NCBI GenBank assembly: GCA_963794525.1 | Contig: CAWCEC010000004.1 | Span: 177,637 to 241,636, forward strand | Origin: an uncultured Chloroflexia bacterium | Lineage (GTDB): Bacteria > Chloroflexota > Limnocylindria > Limnocylindrales > CSP1-4 | DNA length: 64,000 nt | Direction of reading: 5' to 3' | Position numbers and translations under genes: made by a program | Shown: positions 20,172 to 27,583 of the stretch, in pieces | Layout: each line of letters starts with the position of its first letter | Position numbering within the stretch: position 1 is the stretch's first letter | Notes under the pieces: model-generated | Database searches by the model: none | What the model was told of the DNA's origin: nothing | Seen by the model: the letters and a program-made list of their open reading frames with translations, nothing else

Positions 20172-20412
20172 GGGTGTGGGGCGCGACCTCCCTGGGGCGA
20201 GCAGAGCCCGGCCGTCCGCACCTCGGACCGCACTGGGACGGTACGGTCTGGTGCCGTGCAGAGCGATAGCCCATCGGTACGGGGTGCGGCGACACCTCGG
20301 CGGTGCATGCCCGCGTTGATGGCTGCGCGCGCTCGCTCACGCACATCAGAGTGCGCTCGCTCGCGTGCTCACCATCGCCTTGGCCTGCGCCGCCATGGCG
20401 TCGCCGCGGGAT

Positions 20413-21132
20413 CTAGCCGGGTAGAAGGTCTCCGACCGAGTCGATGATCGTGTCGGCCGCTTGGAGATCCTCGTCCGTCCCGACGCCGCTTCGGACCCCG
20501 ATCACGCGCCCGGCACCCGCCGCGCGCGCCATGTCGAGGTCCGCCGGCGTGTCGCCGACCACCGCGACCCGCGAGGGTTCCGTCAGGAACGCGTGGCACA
20601 CCGCGAACACCGGGTCGGGCGCGGGCTTCACCTCGAACCCGTCGTCCCCGCAGACCATCGCCCCGACCAGCTGGCGGACCCCCAGTGAACGGAGCGCGGC
20701 CTCGGTCGCCGCACGATCGTCGGTCGTGACGACGGCGATCCGCCGCCCGTCGGCCCGCAGCCCCTCGAACACTGTCACGAGGTCCGCCAGCGGTACCGCG
20801 GACGCGGTCGGATCCGGGACGAACCAGGCTGTCTCGGTCGCGCGTCGCGCGGCGGCGATGCTCGGGCACCAGCGGCGCAGTACGCGGGCGACGGTCTCCT
20901 CGATACCCGCCATCGTCGCCGTCGCCAGCGCACCGCCGGGTGCGACCCGGCCACTGCTCGGGTCGAAGCCGATCGTCGCGAACACGTCGAGCGACACCGG
21001 TCGGCGGATCGTGGCGTCCAGGCGATCACCCAGCTCGCGCGCCCAGCCGCCCCACATCGCATGGAAGTCGATGAGCGTGCCGTCCTTGTCGAAGATGACG
21101 GCATCGATGCCCGCCAGGTCGACGGCCGTCAC
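20413..21132 (-). CDS. HAD-family phosphatase (phosphoglycolate-phosphatase-like)
   Basis: IFDKDGTL, VTTD, KPAPD, VGDTPAD; GTGA overlap with the upstream oxidoreductase stop. Confidence 0.9.
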   Translation of the reverse strand: MTAVDLAGIDAVIFDKDGTLIDFHAMWGGWARELGDRLDATIRRPVSLDVFATIGFDPSSGRVAPGGALATATMAGIEETVARVLRRWCPSIAAARRATETAWFVPDPTASAVPLADLVTVFEGLRADGRRIAVVTTDDRAATEAALRSLGVRQLVGAMVCGDDGFEVKPAPDPVFAVCHAFLTEPSRVAVVGDTPADLDMARAAGAGRVIGVRSGVGTDEDLQAADTIIDSVGDLLPG

Positions 21133-23597
21133 CCGCGCAGCCGCCGCATCTCCGGATCGAACAGCGGGTCCGTGGCGACCGTTGCCGGGACGGCCTCGCC
21201 GAAATAGCGGATCGTCACGGGCTGCCCGGGTCGGGCGACGTCCGACGGCAGCCACGCCAACGCGATGGGGGCGTCGACCTCGGGCGAGTAGCCGTAGCCG
21301 GCGCTGGTCACGTAGCCGGCGGGGCGGCCGTCGACGTGGACGGGCTCCTTGCCCATCATGACGGCGGCCTTGTCGGCGATGACCAGTGGGACGAGCCGCC
21401 GCTCGACAGACTCGGCGCTGCGACCGACGAGCGCGTCACGGCCGACGAACTCGCCCTTGTCCATGCGAACGGCGAACCCGAGACCGGCCTCGAACGGGTC
21501 ATGCTCACTGGTCATGTCGACGCCCGACAGGCGGTAGCCCTTCTCGAGTCGCAACGACCCGAACGCACTCCGCCCGGCGGCGATGATCCCGTGCTCCTGC
21601 CCGGCTGCCCACAGCGTGTCCCACAGCTTCAGGCCCATGTCAGCGGTCGTGTACAGCTCCCAGCCGAGCTCGCCGACGTACGACACGCGGAGCGCGGTGA
21701 CCGGCACGCTCCCCACCCACAGCTCGCGGGCCTGGAAATAACGGAACGCGTCGTTGGACACGTCCGCATCGGTGACGGATGCGAGGACGTCGCGTGCGCG
21801 CGGACCCCACAGCCCGATGCAGCAGGTCCCGCTCGTGATGTCGCGGACGCTGACGCTGCCGTCGCTCCGGGCGCGACGCTCCAACTCGTCGAGATCCAGC
21901 GGGCCGTTGGCGCCGACCTGGAAACGATCCGGGCCGAGGCGGGCGACGGTCAGGTCGCTCCGGATCCCGCCGCGAGCGTCGAGCAGGAGGCTGTACACCA
22001 CGGTCCCCAACGGACGGTCGACCCGGTTCGTCGTCAGGTGGTCGAGGAAAGCGGCGGCACCCGATCCCTCGACCGCGATCCGCTTGAGCGGCGTCACGTC
22101 GAACATCGCGACGCCATCGCGCGTCGCTCGCGCCTCGGCGCCGGCGATCGGATGCCAGTAGCGCGCGGCCCACGCGTTGCGGCGATGGATCTCGCCGCCG
22201 TAGCGGCCCAGCAGTCGCTCGTTGACGCCGAACCAGTGCGGCCGCTCCCAGCCCCCACCCTCGAGGAAGTACGCCCCGAGCTCCTGCTCGCGCTCGTAGA
22301 ACGGCGACGTCCGCAGTGGCCGCGGCTCCTCCATCGGCTGGAGGGGGTGGACGATGTCGTACACCTCGACGTAGTTCTGGATGCCCCGGTCGTGGACGAA
22401 CGACGGCGACAGCTGGTGCGCCTCGAACCTGTTGAGGTCGCAGTCATGGAGGTCGAAGGTCGAGCCGCCGTCGACCAGCCATTCGGCCATCGCCCGCCCG
22501 ACGCCAAGCGCATGGGTCACCCAGACCGCCTCGGCCAGCCAGAATCCGGCCACGTCGCGTGACTCACCCATCAGTGGGAAGCCGTCCGGCGTGAACGAGA
22601 AGATGCCGTTGATCGCATGATCGATGCGCGCGTCCGGCGCGCGCAGCGCCGGGACGAGCTCCTCGGCCCACGACCACGTCTCGGCGAACGTGTCGGGCGT
22701 GAAGTCCAGCACCGACGGCATCACCGGCGCGTCGCGCGGGTGGAGGAGATCGGAGGCGTCGACCGGCAGTGGCACGTGCCCGTAGCCGCCGACAGCCAGG
22801 CGGTCCGGGTATTCGCGGAAGTACATGTCGCGGTCCTGGACGCGGATGTTCGGGTGGATCGCCTCACGCTCCGGTGGGATCCCGAAGGCCACCACGTCGG
22901 GCAAAACCGTCGTCCAGCTGAGCTGATGGGCAAGCGGCTGGAGCGCCACGGTCATCCCGACCATCGCGCCGATGCGCGGGCCCCAGATGCCGGCGGCACA
23001 GACCACGATGTCAGCCGGGACCTCGCCGCGCTCCGTGAGGACGCCGCGCACCCGCCCGTCATCCGTCCGGATGCCGGTCACGGTGTGATCACCCAGGAAC
23101 CGGGCGCCACCCTCGATCGCGCGACGCGCCTGCGCCTCGGACACGCGTACCCCATCGGTCAGGCCGTCGGACGGCACGTGGTACGCACCGACGATCCGGT
23201 CGCGATCGACCAGCGGCCACAGTCGCACGGTCTCCTCGGGGTCGATCACCCGGCCGTCGAGACCCCACGACTCCGCGAAGTCGCGCCGGCGGTGGAGCTC
23301 GGCCAGCCGCTCCGGCGTGAGTGCAAGCTCCAGGCTGCCGACGGGGTTCCAACACCAGCGCCCGTCCAGGTCGAGGGAGGCCGCCTTCTCGACGCTGTAG
23401 CGGGCGAAGCCCGTCATCGTCTTCGACGCATTGGTCTGGAAGATGATGCCGGGCGCATGCGAGGTCGAGCCGCCTGTCTTGAAGAGGCCGCCCTGCTCGA
23501 CGACCGTGACGTCCGACCAGCCGCGCAGGACCAGCTCATCGGCCAGCGAGCAGCCGACGATGCCGGCTCCGATGATCACGACCCGTGGTGTTCGCAT
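21129..23597 (-). CDS. GcvT-domain FAD-dependent oxidoreductase (dimethylglycine/sarcosine dehydrogenase family), paralog 1
   Basis: IIGAGIVG, GGSTSHAPG, FTPDG, GWERP, VSYVGELGWE, SLRLEKGY. An alternative GTG start lies at 23672. Confidence 0.92.
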   Translation of the reverse strand: MRTPRVVIIGAGIVGCSLADELVLRGWSDVTVVEQGGLFKTGGSTSHAPGIIFQTNASKTMTGFARYSVEKAASLDLDGRWCWNPVGSLELALTPERLAELHRRRDFAESWGLDGRVIDPEETVRLWPLVDRDRIVGAYHVPSDGLTDGVRVSEAQARRAIEGGARFLGDHTVTGIRTDDGRVRGVLTERGEVPADIVVCAAGIWGPRIGAMVGMTVALQPLAHQLSWTTVLPDVVAFGIPPEREAIHPNIRVQDRDMYFREYPDRLAVGGYGHVPLPVDASDLLHPRDAPVMPSVLDFTPDTFAETWSWAEELVPALRAPDARIDHAINGIFSFTPDGFPLMGESRDVAGFWLAEAVWVTHALGVGRAMAEWLVDGGSTFDLHDCDLNRFEAHQLSPSFVHDRGIQNYVEVYDIVHPLQPMEEPRPLRTSPFYEREQELGAYFLEGGGWERPHWFGVNERLLGRYGGEIHRRNAWAARYWHPIAGAEARATRDGVAMFDVTPLKRIAVEGSGAAAFLDHLTTNRVDRPLGTVVYSLLLDARGGIRSDLTVARLGPDRFQVGANGPLDLDELERRARSDGSVSVRDITSGTCCIGLWGPRARDVLASVTDADVSNDAFRYFQARELWVGSVPVTALRVSYVGELGWELYTTADMGLKLWDTLWAAGQEHGIIAAGRSAFGSLRLEKGYRLSGVDMTSEHDPFEAGLGFAVRMDKGEFVGRDALVGRSAESVERRLVPLVIADKAAVMMGKEPVHVDGRPAGYVTSAGYGYSPEVDAPIALAWLPSDVARPGQPVTIRYFGEAVPATVATDPLFDPEMRRLRG

Positions 23598-23727
23598 CGT
23601 GCCGGTCAGGATACGGGCGTTCGATCGGGCATCGCGCTCCGCGATGCCCGTCGGAACGATGGAATCGACCACCTATACTCCGTCGCACGCTGCTCCCCCG
23701 GGAGCGAGCGCGGCCAGGAGGAGGGTG

Positions 23728-24558
23728 ATGGCCAGCGAGCCCGGCGTCACCGGCGAAACGACGACCCTCGCGGATCCGCTGGAGGAATCGCTCCGGCTCG
23801 TCGAGGTCGCCGATTCGCGCGGATTGACCCTTCGACTGATGGGCGGTATGGCCATCCGCGCCCACGCGCCACGCTGGCCGGCGCGGACCCGACGCACCGA
23901 AGTTGACCTGGACTTCGCGACGACCTCGCGGGATCGCTCGGCCGTCTACAAGCTGCTCGAGTCGGAGGGCTACACACCCGATCGCCAGCAGAACGCGCTG
24001 TTCGGCCAGAAGCAGGCGTATTTCGTCGACGTGCCGCGCAAGCGACCGGTCGATGTGCTCGTCGACGCGCTCGAGATGTGCCACCGCGTCGAGTTCGGAC
24101 CGCGGCTGGACAAGTCGAAGCCGACCCTGCCGCTGGCCGAGTTGCTGCTGTCCAAACTCCAGGTCGTCAAGATCAACCGCAAGGACGTCCTCGACGCGCT
24201 GATCCTGCTGGCGGAGCACCCGCTCGCCCAGGACGATGGTGTCGACGCCCTGCACGGGCCGGGCGCGATCAACGTCCCGCGCATCCTCGATGTCACCTCG
24301 AACGACTGGGGCTGGTGGCGGACGGTCAGCGGGAACCTCGAGAAGCTCGACCAGTTCCTGACGACCGAGCTCAAGCCCGACGATCTCGACCTCGGGACCG
24401 GTGAGCCCGTGAAGTTCGATCCGGCGGCGCAGGTCGCCGCGCTGCGCGCAGCCATCGATGGCGCACCGAAGTCGACCCGCTGGCGGCTGCGAGCGCGCGT
24501 CGGTGAACGCGTCACGTGGTACGCGGAGCCCGAGGAGATGGAGCACCGAGCGCTATGA
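23728..24558 (+). CDS. Uncharacterised nucleotidyltransferase-fold protein
   Basis: LMGGMA...VDLDF (hG[GS]...DhD), a third acidic strand PVDVLVD, and LLLSKLQ...RKDVLD; AGGAGGAG RBS. Confidence 0.75.
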   Translation: MASEPGVTGETTTLADPLEESLRLVEVADSRGLTLRLMGGMAIRAHAPRWPARTRRTEVDLDFATTSRDRSAVYKLLESEGYTPDRQQNALFGQKQAYFVDVPRKRPVDVLVDALEMCHRVEFGPRLDKSKPTLPLAELLLSKLQVVKINRKDVLDALILLAEHPLAQDDGVDALHGPGAINVPRILDVTSNDWGWWRTVSGNLEKLDQFLTTELKPDDLDLGTGEPVKFDPAAQVAALRAAIDGAPKSTRWRLRARVGERVTWYAEPEEMEHRAL

Positions 24559-25493
24559 GGATCTTCTTCGCAACCGACGTCCACGGCTCCGAGGTGTGCT
24601 GGCGGAAGTTCCTGAACGCCGGCGCCTTCCACAAGGCCGACGTCCTGATCATGGGCGGCGACATGACCGGCAAGGCGATGGTCCCGATCGTCCATCGAAA
24701 CGGGGGCTGGGAGGTCACGCTCCAGGAACAGCTCCACCAGCTGGCGACCGAGGACGAGCTCCTGGCGATGGAGAAGCGGATCTCCGACCGCGGCTACTAC
24801 CCGGTCCGCCTCGAGCCTGACGAGCTGGAGGCGTGGCAAGCCGACCAGTCGCTGGTCGATGCCCGCTTCAAGGACGAGATGCTGCGCAACGTCGAGCGCT
24901 GGATGGCCCTCGCCGACGAGCGCCTCGAGGGGAAGGGCATCCGCTGCATCGTGTCGCCTGCCAATGACGACATGTTCGAGATCGACCCGATCATCGCCGC
25001 CGCTCGGCTCGTCGAGCTGGGCGAGGCCAACACGATCGCCCTGGACGGCATCTCGCTCGTCTCGACCGGCTGGGCCAACCCGACACCGTGGAAGACGTTC
25101 CGCGAGCTTCCGGAAGACGAGCTGCGGGCTCGGATCGATGGTCTTGTCGCCGAGGTCCCCGACCCTCGGCGCTCCATCTTCAATTTCCATGCTCCGCCCT
25201 ACGGCTCGAACCTCGATTCGGCGCCCAAGCTCGATGCCGACCTCAAATACGTCGCGGGCGGACAGGCGCTGGTCCCTGTCGGGTCGCACGCGGTCCGGGA
25301 CGCGATCAGCGCGTACGGGCCGATGCTGTCGCTCCACGGCCACATCCACGAGGGACGGGGCGCCGTGAAGATCGGCCGCACCCTCGCCGTCAACCCCGGC
25401 AGCACCTACGAGGATGGGGTGCTCCAGGCCGCGATCGTCGACCTCGACGTCAAGAAAGGCGAGGTGAAGCGCTATCTGCTGATCAACGGCTGA
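24555..25493 (+). CDS. Calcineurin-like metallophosphoesterase (Icc-related)
   Basis: ATDVHG, GGDMTG, PANDD, NFHAPP, LHGHIHE; ATGA overlap with the nucleotidyltransferase stop. Confidence 0.88.
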   Translation: MRIFFATDVHGSEVCWRKFLNAGAFHKADVLIMGGDMTGKAMVPIVHRNGGWEVTLQEQLHQLATEDELLAMEKRISDRGYYPVRLEPDELEAWQADQSLVDARFKDEMLRNVERWMALADERLEGKGIRCIVSPANDDMFEIDPIIAAARLVELGEANTIALDGISLVSTGWANPTPWKTFRELPEDELRARIDGLVAEVPDPRRSIFNFHAPPYGSNLDSAPKLDADLKYVAGGQALVPVGSHAVRDAISAYGPMLSLHGHIHEGRGAVKIGRTLAVNPGSTYEDGVLQAAIVDLDVKKGEVKRYLLING

Positions 25494-25537
25494 CAGGACC
25501 GGTGGGGGAGGGAATCAGGAGGGAACAGGAGGGACAC

Positions 25538-27331
25538 ATGGCAACTGGCACTGCGTCCCCGTCGCTCTTCCTCAGGAATGCGACGGGACTCGTCAAGGGC
25601 TGGTCCGCGTTCGACGCGTTCACCTACTCGTTCATGTCGGTCAACCTCGTCACGCTGGGCATGTTCTACAGCCTGGCCGTGTTCGCGTACGTGCCGACGG
25701 CATCGCCCGTGCTGTCGATCCTCATCGCCGCGATCGCAGTCACGTTCCTGGCGGTGGCATATGCGGCACTGATCGCCGTCATGCCGCGTGCCGGCGGCGA
25801 CTACGTGTGGCAGACGCGGGTGCTCGACGGGCTGCCCGGCATCATCACCGGCGCGATCACCGGTGGGGTCGCGTCCTACCTGGTCGCGCAGGCCGTCGGC
25901 CTAGACTCGACGATCGCGCTCGTCGCCGGGGTGATCGGCCTCGTCGCGGGCGGCTTCATCGGAAGGATGCGTGGCGGCATCGGGTTCGTGCTCGCCGCCA
26001 CCGGCTGGTGGTTCATCCTCGCGATGTGGGCGCCGATCTACGGCGCCATCCTCAAGCTCGAGTTCTTCCAGCCGCTGGCAGCGCTCCTGGGTTCGACTGC
26101 CGGCGTCGACTTCTTCGGCTCCGACACTGGCACGCTGGTCGTGTCGCTCATCGTCATCGGCCTGACGTCGTGGCTGGTCGCCCTCGGGATGGCGGGCTAC
26201 GCGCGGATCCAGCGCGTCTGCCTGTATCTCGGGCTGATCGGCTTCGCGATCATGGCGATCCTGATGCTGGTCTCATCGCAGGACCAGTTCCGGGCCGCGT
26301 TCGACACGGCGAACATGCGGATGTTCGGGGTAGCAGGTGCGTACGACAAGACCATCGCCGACGCCGCCACGAATGACGCCTTCACCGGTTCACTCGAACC
26401 GCTCGCGATGGGCACCGACCTGACTGCGACGCTGGGCGCCGCCGTCGTGATGCTGCCCTTCATGCTGTTCTGGATCCTGTACCCGAACTGGGGCTCGACG
26501 CTCTACGGCGAGGTCCGCGGCTCGGGCGATTTCCGCAAGGTCCTCAACGGGATGCTGGGCGGGATCTGGGTCACCGCGATCCTGGCGATCGTGTTCGTAT
26601 TGCTGGCAGCCAAGACGTTCGGCTGGCTGTTCTTCAACGCCACCAACGCGAACTTCATCAATTGGTTCTATGGCTACACCACGACCGATCCGACCGTCCC
26701 GATCTGGAGCTATCCACCGCTCCTCGCCTCGTACCTGATCGACGTCCCGATCTTCCAGATCGCGATGGTCGTGCTGTTCGCGGCGTGGTTCCTCGGCTGG
26801 TCCGGGACGTTGTTCCTGTCGTCGACGCGGATGATCTTCGCGGCGGCGTTCGACCGCATCCTTCCGGAGCGGGCAGCGCAGGTGTCCGAGGGCCGCGGCG
26901 TCCCCGTGACGGCCCTGCTGTTCATCATGATCCCGGCCATCGTCGTGAGCGTGATCTACTCGTTCTCGGCGGACTTCCGGGCGCTGACATTGGACGCCAC
27001 GCTCGTGATCGCCGTCACGTTCCTCGGGAGCACCGTCGCCGCCACGATCCTGCCGTGGTGGAAACCGCAGCTCTTCGACAACTCGCCGATCGCGCGGCTG
27101 AAGATCCCGATCACGGTGGCCAGCCTGATCATCTCGGTGATCCTGGCCTACACGATCTACTTGTGGCTGACCGATGCGCTCTATGGCATCGGTGTCGGCA
27201 ACGCCAACTCGATCATCTTCCTGGGCGTGCTCTACGGGCTCGCCGCGATCGTGTATGTCGCCGCGCGGGTGTACCGCCGGTCGCAGGGCGTCGACCTAGA
27301 CGCGATCCACGCGGAGATCCCCGCGGAGTAG
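25538..27331 (+). CDS. APC-superfamily amino acid permease
   Basis: LFLRNATGLVK, MPRAGGDY, R-MIFAAAFDRILP; about 14 hydrophobic segments. Confidence 0.88.
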   Translation: MATGTASPSLFLRNATGLVKGWSAFDAFTYSFMSVNLVTLGMFYSLAVFAYVPTASPVLSILIAAIAVTFLAVAYAALIAVMPRAGGDYVWQTRVLDGLPGIITGAITGGVASYLVAQAVGLDSTIALVAGVIGLVAGGFIGRMRGGIGFVLAATGWWFILAMWAPIYGAILKLEFFQPLAALLGSTAGVDFFGSDTGTLVVSLIVIGLTSWLVALGMAGYARIQRVCLYLGLIGFAIMAILMLVSSQDQFRAAFDTANMRMFGVAGAYDKTIADAATNDAFTGSLEPLAMGTDLTATLGAAVVMLPFMLFWILYPNWGSTLYGEVRGSGDFRKVLNGMLGGIWVTAILAIVFVLLAAKTFGWLFFNATNANFINWFYGYTTTDPTVPIWSYPPLLASYLIDVPIFQIAMVVLFAAWFLGWSGTLFLSSTRMIFAAAFDRILPERAAQVSEGRGVPVTALLFIMIPAIVVSVIYSFSADFRALTLDATLVIAVTFLGSTVAATILPWWKPQLFDNSPIARLKIPITVASLIISVILAYTIYLWLTDALYGIGVGNANSIIFLGVLYGLAAIVYVAARVYRRSQGVDLDAIHAEIPAE

Positions 27332-27352
27332 CTCGAAAACCAAGCCGAGGGT

Positions 27353-27504
27353 GTCACCCACAGTGACATGTCAGCGTGGGTGACGCTTTCGGCACATCCG
27401 TGCGCGATCGATCGCCCAGACGACAGGTTTCTGCGTCCTGGGCGATCGGTCGTGCGGGTTCATGGCGATCGTGTCACTGGGACTGACATGTCAGCCTGAG
27501 TGAC
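27353..27504. repeat. Composite palindromic element: two 32-bp palindromes 120 bp apart flanking a long hairpin
   Basis: gtcacccacagTGACATGTCAgcgtgggtgac (27353-27384) and gtcactgggacTGACATGTCAgcctgagtgac (27473-27504); central stem 27402-27455. Confidence 0.8.
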
Positions 27505-27583
27505 CGGTGCCCTGGCCCTCGGCCCGCCGCGGGACAGGTATCCTCGTACGCTCGTCACCGTCAGGACGTAGGAGGAGGTCGGC

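Noticed and set aside
20172-20412. Possible riboswitch in the 240-bp leader of the GGDEF/EAL gene (GCGCTCGCTC repeated twice)
   Set aside because: I found no match to c-di-GMP-I/II or other aptamer cores, and the short repeat is low-complexity GC.
17241-20447. Very long antisense or alternate-frame ORFs (for example 17241-20447 +, 38005-40749 -, 46502-48289 -, 2759-4462 +)
   Set aside because: They are shadows of real genes on the other strand. High GC suppresses stop codons, and the translations are Arg/Gly/Pro-rich with no motifs.
27353-27504. CRISPR interpretation of the two 32-bp palindromic repeats
   Set aside because: There are only two imperfect copies, the 88-nt spacer is itself a hairpin, and no cas genes are present.
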